Shown: piece by piece, positions 25,530-32,405 of the stretch | Numbering within the stretch: the first letter of the stretch is position 1 | Layout: each line of letters opens with the position of its first letter | Source of the DNA: a virus | Length of the DNA stretch: 33,036 nucleotides | Direction: 5' to 3' (one strand) | IMG/VR virus record: IMGVR_UViG_3300039796_000001 | Coordinates: 1-33,036 of that record | Program-made: the position numbers and the translations under genes | The notes under the pieces: generated by a model | Database searches by the model: none | What the model was told of the DNA's origin: nothing | The model's input: only the letters and a program-made list of their open reading frames with translations

Positions 25530-25795
25530 AAAGCTCCCTAGTTAATTAGTTAATCAACTTGTGAATAATTATGCACAGGTTAAAAATTAAATCTGATCTC
25601 TATATACTATATATACATATAATGATTAGTGAAGATCGATAATTCTTTATTAAGATATCGTTATAATTAAATAAATGCTAAATTCTTTATTATAGAAGGA
25701 GAAAGAGGAGTATAAACAGTATAAATAATGAACAATATATAGGGTTGGACGTAACGATGCCTCTGTAGTCAAACAGATTTAAAAAATATTAGGTA
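25530..25795. other. Candidate vegetative origin: DnaA box, AT-rich tract and 12-mer direct repeats.
   Basis: TTATGCACA (25569-25577) fits TTATNCACA. An alternating TA tract lies at ~25598-25624. AATTCTTTATTA occurs at 25641-25652 and 25681-25692, exactly 40 bp apart. GATC sites lie at 25595 and 25634. The region is immediately downstream of rep. Confidence 0.4.
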
Positions 25796-26518
25796 TTAAG
25801 GCCCAGATTTTTGTGTAGAACGACAGAATCTCATATTTTTAATGAGGTCTTTTATCTTAGACATTTGGCTAGCGCCATTGGGGTCTTTTTTTACCGATTC
25901 AGGTACATAAAATTTATGAGGTGACGGCTTGTTAATCTCTTCTTTTATACGTTTTTCCTGTCTAACCTTATCTTCTTGTTTGTTAAAAGCGGACAGCTTG
26001 TTACGCTCTAGTCGTTCTTTATTAAAGCCTAAGGCTATAAAGAAATCTAAGGTTAGTCTTCTAACCGAGGGAGCCGATTTAAAGTATTTATTGTAATCCT
26101 CACTACCTCTGTGGATGTTTCTTTTTGGTGGTATTGTTTTAAACATCTTAAGAACGGTCATGTACCCTGCTCTTTTAAGCAGGACGATGCACTTATTAAA
26201 GTAATAGGTAGATAGACCCGTAACCCTTCGGAGTATCTTTAGGTCGAAGTTTACAAACTCGCATCTTTCCTTATTCCATACCCCATATTGAAGGCTGGCT
26301 AAGTCGGTATAGTGAAGTAAGGCTTGAGAGAATGATTTAAGGGCATCCAGCTGCTTTTTAGATACTTTACCTATCTTCTGTAGGAACACGTATCTTTTAT
26401 CAATGGATTTACAAAGTCTCTTCGCCTCTTCTAAAAATTCTGGACGACGATAATGCCACGAGGGCTGATTAAAAAGAGCATTAGAACTAGAACTATTACT
26501 CAACATTTCGCTTACCAC
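25796..26518 (-). CDS. Plasmid replication initiator, tentatively RepA-like of the IncFII style.
   Basis: 240 aa with a winged-helix-like LSTYYFNKCIVLLKRAGYMTV and a basic C-terminal third. Context supports the call: an antisense RNA hairpin and leader ORF upstream, and an origin-like DNA downstream. The start is ambiguous (GTG 26518 or ATG 26506) and lacks an SD. Confidence 0.55.
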   Translation of the reverse strand: MVSEMLSNSSSSNALFNQPSWHYRRPEFLEEAKRLCKSIDKRYVFLQKIGKVSKKQLDALKSFSQALLHYTDLASLQYGVWNKERCEFVNFDLKILRRVTGLSTYYFNKCIVLLKRAGYMTVLKMFKTIPPKRNIHRGSEDYNKYFKSAPSVRRLTLDFFIALGFNKERLERNKLSAFNKQEDKVRQEKRIKEEINKPSPHKFYVPESVKKDPNGASQMSKIKDLIKNMRFCRSTQKSGP

Positions 26519-26538
26519 AGTTAGTTGAGCGAAAGTTG

Positions 26539-26568
26539 TTGATTTTCTTATGAATCGCTGGGTATAAT
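26539..26568 (+). promoter_or_regulatory. Promoter for a countertranscript antisense to the rep leader.
   Basis: The -35 is TTGATT (26539-26544), the spacer is 18 nt and the -10 is a perfect TATAAT (26563-26568). Confidence 0.45.
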
Positions 26569-26572
26569 CGCT

Positions 26573-26650
26573 TCATGTGACGGAGCCCCTTAATCGATTA
26601 CTACCCTGCCAAGAGTTTCCTTCGATTAAGGGGTTTTCTATTTGTATCAT
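26573..26650 (-). CDS. Possible 25-codon leader peptide in the rep leader.
   Basis: My translation is MIQIENPLIEGNSWQGSNRLRGSVT*. AAGGG lies 6 nt upstream. The ORF is fully covered by the candidate antisense RNA. Confidence 0.3.
   Translation of the reverse strand: MIQIENPLIEGNSWQGSNRLRGSVT
26575..26637 (+). ncRNA. Candidate antisense RNA controlling rep (CopA-like role).
   Basis: It starts ~7 nt after the TATAAT. A 12-bp perfect stem, ccccttaatcga (26586-26597) with tcgattaagggg (26622-26633), is followed by TTTT. The RNA lies wholly within the rep 5' leader on the opposite strand. Confidence 0.45.
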
Positions 26651-26738
26651 AGGAAACCCTTTTTGAATCTGTTCTATATCGTCATTGTTATGACGTTCTA
26701 ATTATCTCTGTCTTTGTTGTAATTAAATACTTACCTGA

Positions 26739-26766
26739 GTATTACCCTACTTTCTCATTTTGTCAA
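26739..26766 (-). promoter_or_regulatory. Candidate rep promoter.
   Basis: On the minus strand, TTGACA (26766-26761) is followed by a 16-nt spacer and TAATAC (26744-26739). This would give a ~215-nt leader. Confidence 0.35.
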
Positions 26767-26807
26767 ATACTAAAAAATCCCTATAAATTAAGCTATTTAT
26801 ACTCATT

Positions 26808-26883
26808 TGCACTACACCGTTTATTAGTATATTACACCTTTATACACCGTATGGATTAGTTTAGTGCATAACTACATTGCACC
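26808..26883. repeat. Iteron or centromere-like T(A/G)CACC hexamers upstream of parA.
   Basis: TGCACT lies at 26808, TACACC at 26813, 26833 and 26843, and TGCACC at 26878. Confidence 0.55.
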
Positions 26884-26933
26884 TATCAGTGTAATGTATT
26901 AATATACCTCTACCTTATATAAAGAGTATAAAA

Positions 26934-27656
26934 ATGAAAATTATTTTAATAGGTGGGGCAAAGGGCGGCCCTGGTAAAAGCACTATTGCAACAAATTTGT
27001 CTGTGATGAGTTGCTATATGACTAAAAAAACACTTTTAATCGATATAGATAGTAAAGGCTCTACTACCTCTTCTGAATTTATAAATGAACGTCATGATAA
27101 GCAATTAAAATTCACTCCCAATTGCATTCAGCTATCAGGTAGATACATTAATAAAGAAATAGAAGATTTTTCCAATCAATTTGATGTAATAGTAATCGAT
27201 GCAGGTGGATATGATTCCGTCGAATTACGGTCGGCCATGTTATGTGAATTGGTTAAGGAAGTGTTTATACCTGTTAGACCTGGCAAAGCAGATATTGGAA
27301 CGTTATCAAAAATGGACGAAGTTATAGAAAAAGCAAAGTGTATTAATGAGAATATGATAGGGAAAATTATATTAAATCAATGCCGTTCTGTAGGTAAACA
27401 ATTAGCACTTCATAATAGTATCAGTGCCATAGAAAAATTAGAATATATGGAAGTGCTTAAAACAAGAATTTTTAATCGCATCTCATTTGAACATGCTTTG
27501 GAAGATTCTCTAATAGTTATTGAATCTGAAAAAAAGGATATGAAAGCGATGAAAAAATATCAATTGGACAGATATATACCCAAAGCTTCTCAAGAAATGA
27601 AAGAACTGTATTTTGAAATAATTAACGAAGAATTTTTTATAGAGGAAAGTTTATGA
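26934..27656 (+). CDS. parA: ParA-family partition ATPase (small, type Ib-like).
   Basis: It has the deviant Walker A GGAKGGPGKST at the N-terminus and a Walker B-like VIVIDAGG. 240 aa with no N-terminal HTH. Confidence 0.85.
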   Translation: MKIILIGGAKGGPGKSTIATNLSVMSCYMTKKTLLIDIDSKGSTTSSEFINERHDKQLKFTPNCIQLSGRYINKEIEDFSNQFDVIVIDAGGYDSVELRSAMLCELVKEVFIPVRPGKADIGTLSKMDEVIEKAKCINENMIGKIILNQCRSVGKQLALHNSISAIEKLEYMEVLKTRIFNRISFEHALEDSLIVIESEKKDMKAMKKYQLDRYIPKASQEMKELYFEIINEEFFIEESL

Positions 27657-27937
27657 GCAATAACAAGAGTATAGCTGATTTTATAGATGAGCCCAATAAG
27701 GTCACTCATAGAATTTCAAGAAAAAACCCATCAAAAAAAGATATCTTACTTATGATAACGGGTAAAAAAAGTAATGACATAAGATCTATTAGAAAAGTTA
27801 TGTATTTTAAAGAAGATATTTTTAATGATATCGAAAAGTATTGTTCTGGTCACTTTACAGCAATTGTAAATTATTTGATCAAAAGAGGATTAGATGATGT
27901 TGTTAAAAAAGGGGAAAAGGTGTTTGATGAGGCATAG
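27653..27937 (+). CDS. Putative centromere-binding partner with an RHH-like C-terminus (ParG/ParR analogue).
   Basis: 94 aa. An ATGA overlap joins it to parA, and GAGGA lies 7 nt upstream. The C-terminal RKVMYFKEDIFNDIEKYC..FTAIVNYLIKRGLDDV looks ribbon-helix-helix. Confidence 0.5.
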   Translation: MSNNKSIADFIDEPNKVTHRISRKNPSKKDILLMITGKKSNDIRSIRKVMYFKEDIFNDIEKYCSGHFTAIVNYLIKRGLDDVVKKGEKVFDEA

Positions 27938-27965
27938 TTATAAACTAAACCTAAATAAACCTTTG

Positions 27966-27991
27966 TACACCCTATTGCACCTTACTACACC
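27966..27991. repeat. Three T(A/G)CACC hexamers phased at exactly 10 bp, downstream of the par operon.
   Basis: TACACC lies at 27966, TGCACC at 27976 and TACACC at 27986. Confidence 0.6.
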
Positions 27992-28040
27992 TTATGCTAG
28001 TATATAAAAACTAGACATTAACAAAGAGGGGATTAAAAAA

Positions 28041-28346
28041 ATGAAACAATTTAGTAAAGAACAATATGAAAACATTAAAGACATATCTTCAGAAATATAT
28101 CATGAAGTTTGTAACCAAGTATGGAATCGTGCTGATGACCTATCAATAGAAATGGGATTTAACAGAGAAAGAAAATCAGAAGTTATAGATTTAATACATA
28201 TGGCTATTGCTTCAGAACTACTTACTCGTGGTGTCGCTATTAGAACATATAATCACATAATTGCTGATTACTCAGGGCACAAAACTACTGAAGAACAACT
28301 AAGAGAAGAATTAGAAAATAAGAGGGATAACAATGATAACAATTAA
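28041..28346 (+). CDS. Small paralog 1 of a tandem three-gene family.
   Basis: It shares the N-terminal QYE(N/D)IK..S..IY.EV motif with the next two ORFs. GAGGGG RBS. Confidence 0.55.
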   Translation: MKQFSKEQYENIKDISSEIYHEVCNQVWNRADDLSIEMGFNRERKSEVIDLIHMAIASELLTRGVAIRTYNHIIADYSGHKTTEEQLREELENKRDNNDNN

Positions 28347-28668
28347 ACCTTATCAGTATGAAGATATAAAAACGTACACCCATAAAATATATTTAGAAGT
28401 TGAAAAAATGGTACGTAACTATTCCTCGTATATGGCAAAAGACTTTGGTACTGAGCATGCCGATATATTTGCAGAATTAATATTATTTAAGCTTTCTGAA
28501 GAGGTTAATTTTAATTCTGTTCAATTAGGTTTCAAAAACGATATGAAATACAAACATAAAATGGAAAATAACGAAACAGAAATTAAATCTGAAATAGGGG
28601 AAATGATACATAATCTTAAAATAGATATGGAGGAGATGATTTCAAGATTAAAAGCAATGAAAGAATAA
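28333..28668 (+). CDS. Small paralog 2.
   Basis: It shares QYEDIKTYTHKIYLEVEKMVRNYSSYMAKDF...FAELILFKLSEEV with paralog 3. GAGGGA RBS. Confidence 0.6.
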   Translation: MITIKPYQYEDIKTYTHKIYLEVEKMVRNYSSYMAKDFGTEHADIFAELILFKLSEEVNFNSVQLGFKNDMKYKHKMENNETEIKSEIGEMIHNLKIDMEEMISRLKAMKE

Positions 28669-28680
28669 GAAGGTGAAATA

Positions 28681-28977
28681 ATGAAAAAAATTACTATAGA
28701 CCAATATGAAGATATAGAAAAATATTCTATAAAAATACATTTTGAAATTATGAAAATGGTACGTAACTATTCATCCTTTATGGCAAAAGAATTAGATTCT
28801 AAATACGACGATAAATTTGCAGAATTAATGTTATTCAAAATATCTGGTGAAATTTCTGACAACGCATTTTATTTAGGGAAAGGAAATGCGGTTACAAATG
28901 AAAGTAAAAATGATTTAGATAACATGATGGATAAAATAATATCTGTATTTGAACAATATAAGAATAATAGGGAGTGA
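28681..28977 (+). CDS. Small paralog 3.
   Basis: It contains QYEDIEKYSIKIHFEIMKMVRNYSSFMAKEL...FAELMLFKISGEI. It shares nucleotide-level identity blocks with paralog 2 (aaaatggtacgtaactattc, tttgcagaattaat). AAGGTGA RBS. Confidence 0.6.
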   Translation: MKKITIDQYEDIEKYSIKIHFEIMKMVRNYSSFMAKELDSKYDDKFAELMLFKISGEISDNAFYLGKGNAVTNESKNDLDNMMDKIISVFEQYKNNRE

Positions 28978-28980
28978 TAA

Positions 28981-29148
28981 ATGAATATTTACGCAGAGTC
29001 AGCAATAATAATCGTATTAACATTAAGTTTACTTCTATCAAATGTCCTTTTTACTTATATAGGAATATCGATTTTGATAGCAACGGTACTTCTTATTGGA
29101 ATTTATAATGAAGTTAATAAACTAAATACAGATGATTATAGGGAATAA
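28981..29148 (+). CDS. 55-aa two-TM membrane micro-protein, not in the ORF track.
   Basis: My translation is MNIYAESAIIIVLTLSLLLSNVLFTYIGISILIATVLLIGIYNEVNKLNTDDYRE*. GGGAG lies 7 nt upstream. Confidence 0.5.
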   Translation: MNIYAESAIIIVLTLSLLLSNVLFTYIGISILIATVLLIGIYNEVNKLNTDDYRE

Positions 29149-29230
29149 TAAAATAATAAGGGCGTTCCCTAATGTGTGACGACATTAGAAACGTTTAACA
29201 ATGTTCAAACCAAATCAATAGGAGCTAACA

Positions 29231-29698
29231 ATGACCACCCTTAACGACAATATATCATACAATTTATCATTAGAAGAAAATATTGATGACCTGATAAACC
29301 GACACTCGTATAAAACTAGCAAAGGTGAAGTTTGCCTTGATTTTTACAAACTAGATAGAGACGACCAATTGGATTTATGTCGTTCATTTATAGATTCTTG
29401 TGAGTACGATAGCTTAAATTATTATTATGAGAAATACGATTACCAAGAAGCAATTATGGGCTGCATTAAAAATCATTTCAACAAGGAGAAATATAATATA
29501 ACCGGACAACCTGACAAAACAATAAAGGAACTCATTGAGTCTATAGAAGATGAATTTATAAAATCAAATGCTAAGTACATACAGAGTGATATAGACAATG
29601 CTCTTGAAGAAATTAACAAAGAATGGGAAGAAGCTAGAAATGAAAAAGCTTATAAGGATATGGCATTTGAAATGAGCGATCAAGTATTTTATAGATAA
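29231..29698 (+). CDS. Acidic hypothetical protein.
   Basis: 155 aa, rich in D, E and Y. AGGAG lies 7 nt upstream. Confidence 0.55.
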   Translation: MTTLNDNISYNLSLEENIDDLINRHSYKTSKGEVCLDFYKLDRDDQLDLCRSFIDSCEYDSLNYYYEKYDYQEAIMGCIKNHFNKEKYNITGQPDKTIKELIESIEDEFIKSNAKYIQSDIDNALEEINKEWEEARNEKAYKDMAFEMSDQVFYR

Positions 29699-29772
29699 AT
29701 AGAAATCATCGTTCCCCAAGGTCACCACAACCTTGAGGACATTTAACACAACTAACTATTATGGAGTTAATT

Positions 29773-30201
29773 ATGACCGACTTAGATATATTACTAGAAT
29801 TAAGAAAATTAGAAAAACTAAAAGATTTCAATTTACTAAGACAACCATCAAAAGATTTTATAGAAGATTTGAAGCACACAAAAAATACTCTTATAGAGCT
29901 TGAGTGCCAATTAAATCTAGCTATCGAATCAATTGAAATGGGAATAGAAGACTGTGAAAGGGCTTTATACCAAGAACAATCATACATACCAGTAGCGCTT
30001 ATACCCGTTTTAAATGATGACAAAGAACTTATAACGGAAAAAATTAAACTAGCTGGAATTCTTATAACCAAATTTAATTCTTATAAAACATACGACAAAG
30101 TTTTCCGAGAAGTTAATAACATGGAGCCATCAACGGATGATGAAACTATGCAGACTAAAGGACTCAACAATAATTTGGACAAAGGAGAAGCCAATGAGTA
30201 A
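29773..30201 (+). CDS. Coiled-coil hypothetical protein with an acidic C-terminus.
   Basis: The ATG at 29773 has GGAG 6 nt upstream, whereas the track ATG at 29761 has no SD. Heptad-like LDILLELRKLEKLKD. Confidence 0.5.
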   Translation: MTDLDILLELRKLEKLKDFNLLRQPSKDFIEDLKHTKNTLIELECQLNLAIESIEMGIEDCERALYQEQSYIPVALIPVLNDDKELITEKIKLAGILITKFNSYKTYDKVFREVNNMEPSTDDETMQTKGLNNNLDKGEANE

Positions 30202-30325
30202 GTCACTTCTATTAAAGGATCACATCTATGTAATCTCTCGTAAAGAGAGGTTACACAATAGACCCACAAAGTTTAAGAAAATAGTAAATAAGGGGTTATC
30301 TATCATTGGGTTGAGGTGGTTATGA
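30194..30325 (+). CDS. 43-aa basic micro-ORF coupled at both ends.
   Basis: AGGAGA lies 5-6 nt upstream. The ATG overlaps the previous gene's end, and the stop overlaps the exonuclease ATG as ATGA. Confidence 0.4.
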   Translation: MSKSLLLKDHIYVISRKERLHNRPTKFKKIVNKGLSIIGLRWL

Positions 30326-31218
30326 GTAATGCCATAAAGATTCACGATGAAAATCAAACACAATTAGTTGAAAATTTTTATGAATTCCCAAGTATATACG
30401 ATTTAGCTAAATCCCCTGGGATATATGATATATCTGAAGATGAATATCATGAGGGTCCTGGTATAAGCCGTTCATCCCTTATGGAATTCACAGAAGAAGA
30501 GGGAAGGTGCCCTTATAATTACTGGTATAAATATAATAATAATATTGTAAAAAAAGAAGAAAAACCTCATTTTCTATTTGGACATGCTTTACATACATTC
30601 TTTTTGGAGCCAGAAGAATTTCAAAGTAGATTCATAATTATAGAAAAAATGCACAGAGGAACACTAAAGTACAAAAAGTTAATTTCTGAATTGGAGCCTA
30701 CATTAAATGGCAGGCAGATAATAAATAAAGAAGATTATAAAAAACTTCAAGAAATTAACAAAAGAATAAATGAGCATGAAATAGCACCTTTACTTATCAA
30801 TAACGATAAGGCTGAAATAGAAAAATCTCTTTATTGGGTAGATAAAGATAGCGGGGTTTTGTGTAAGTCAAGACCTGACATTATGATAAATAATGTGGTT
30901 GTAGACCTAAAATCTAGTAAAGATTTATCTTATAAATCATTTAGACGTGATATAGAAAAATATGGCTACCATATACAGGCAGCAATGATAAGAGATTCTA
31001 AAGAGGTATTGCTAAATAAGAAAACAGATATTTTCATTAATCTTTGTTTTGAAAAAACAGCGCCTTATTTACCTAGAATCTTTCAGATAGACCCAGTAGA
31101 TATAGACCAAGGACAAGAAATTTATAAAAAAGCAGCCATTTATTTTAAAGAATGTAGAGATACTGATACATGGCCTACCTATAAGTCAAGAATGGTTTCT
31201 CTAAACTCATATAATTAA
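30322..31218 (+). CDS. PD-(D/E)XK recombination exonuclease.
   Basis: It contains GHALHTFFLEPEEF, SRPDIMINNVVVDLKSSKD (D..D.K) and YHIQAAM. The gene lies directly upstream of recT. The ATG at 30322 has a GAGGTGG SD. Confidence 0.75.
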   Translation: MSNAIKIHDENQTQLVENFYEFPSIYDLAKSPGIYDISEDEYHEGPGISRSSLMEFTEEEGRCPYNYWYKYNNNIVKKEEKPHFLFGHALHTFFLEPEEFQSRFIIIEKMHRGTLKYKKLISELEPTLNGRQIINKEDYKKLQEINKRINEHEIAPLLINNDKAEIEKSLYWVDKDSGVLCKSRPDIMINNVVVDLKSSKDLSYKSFRRDIEKYGYHIQAAMIRDSKEVLLNKKTDIFINLCFEKTAPYLPRIFQIDPVDIDQGQEIYKKAAIYFKECRDTDTWPTYKSRMVSLNSYN

Positions 31219-31235
31219 CAAGGTTAAAATAGCAT

Positions 31236-32114
31236 ATGAAAAAATTGATTTCAACACAATCATCAGAAAGTGAAAAAAAGTATGACTTCTTGCCTAAAAG
31301 TTTTGAAGAGACTTTTAAGTTTGCTGAATTAATTTCTAAAACCGATATGTGCCCCAGAGATTATAAAGGAAAGATAGCAGATATAGTTATTGCTATAGGT
31401 ACTGGGTCATCATTGGGACTGGCTCCAATACCATCATTACATAACATATCCGTTATAAATGGTCGACCTGCTATTTGGGGTGATGGTGCTAGGGCTTTAT
31501 TGTTAAGTCACAGAGATTGCTTGGATATAGAAGAATGGTTTGAGGGTTCTGAAGAAGATAAAACACTAACAGCATTTTGTAAGATAACTAGAAGAGGTAA
31601 AAAAAGTCCGTTTATAGCAAAGTTCAGTATGAACGACGCTTTAAAAGCAGGGTTGATTAATAAGGATATATATAAAAAATATTTGCGTCGTATGTTACAA
31701 TGTCGTTCATTTGGTTTTGCATCTAGGGACGCTTTTTCTGATGTTTTGAAAGGGGTAATCACTCAAGAAGAAGCGAATGATTATAAAGTAACAAAAGATG
31801 TAAAAGAATCAATAGATACTGAAATATTAGATGCTATCTTAGGCAATAAAATAGATGAACCAGTAGAAGATGAAGAAATAATTGTAAAGGCAATTTATAA
31901 AATTCAATCAACTAGTAATATAGAAGAATTGAATATGTTAGGCGATGAAATAAAAAATATGTCGCTTTCAAATGATCAAAAAGTAAAAGTAAGAAATTTT
32001 TTCAAACAAAAAAGAGATGAATTTTATTATTCTGATGATAAAAACTCTATTCGTAAAGTAGAAACAAACGAAATATATGATTCAGAAAATACATTGGAGG
32101 TAACTAATGTATGA
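31236..32114 (+). CDS. recT: RecT-family single-strand annealing protein.
   Basis: It contains GSSLGLAPIPSLHNISVINGRPAIWGDGARALLL and KYLRRMLQCRSFGFASRDAF, which are RecT hallmarks. It is paired with the exonuclease. Confidence 0.8.
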   Translation: MKKLISTQSSESEKKYDFLPKSFEETFKFAELISKTDMCPRDYKGKIADIVIAIGTGSSLGLAPIPSLHNISVINGRPAIWGDGARALLLSHRDCLDIEEWFEGSEEDKTLTAFCKITRRGKKSPFIAKFSMNDALKAGLINKDIYKKYLRRMLQCRSFGFASRDAFSDVLKGVITQEEANDYKVTKDVKESIDTEILDAILGNKIDEPVEDEEIIVKAIYKIQSTSNIEELNMLGDEIKNMSLSNDQKVKVRNFFKQKRDEFYYSDDKNSIRKVETNEIYDSENTLEVTNV

Positions 32115-32371
32115 AAGATGATAACTCAAAAAGAGTAAAAAAACTTAGTGATATACTGAATGAAAAAGTCATTAGAGAGGTTGACCATATTTACGACCAA
32201 GAAAATAAGGAAGTTTTTAATGCGGTCGTAATCAGCTTGATTAGCTCATTAATATTATCATTATCATGTTCATTCAAAATAGAAGAAAGAGAAACGATAC
32301 TTTCAAATATGGATGGCGTTTTTGATAAAGTTAGAGAAAAGATTGTTAGCTTTTTGGATGAACTAGTCTAG
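32111..32371 (+). CDS. Hypothetical 86-aa protein.
   Basis: An ATGA overlap joins it to the recT stop. From the ORF track. Confidence 0.45.
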   Translation: MKDDNSKRVKKLSDILNEKVIREVDHIYDQENKEVFNAVVISLISSLILSLSCSFKIEERETILSNMDGVFDKVREKIVSFLDELV

Positions 32372-32405
32372 AGATAATATTTTAATACAAACAGAATAAA
32401 TAAAT

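Noticed and set aside
29169-29188. The hairpin ctaatgt/acattag, and a similar one at ~29715-29740, as terminators inside the rightward operon.
   Set aside because: The stems are 6-7 bp with no following U-run. They may be incidental or processing sites.
29564-30269. Minus-strand ORFs (29564-29749, 29706-30071, 30081-30269) in the plus-strand accessory operon.
   Set aside because: They are antisense to better-supported plus-strand genes with RBSs, and their S/I/F-rich translations are typical of AT-rich shadow frames.
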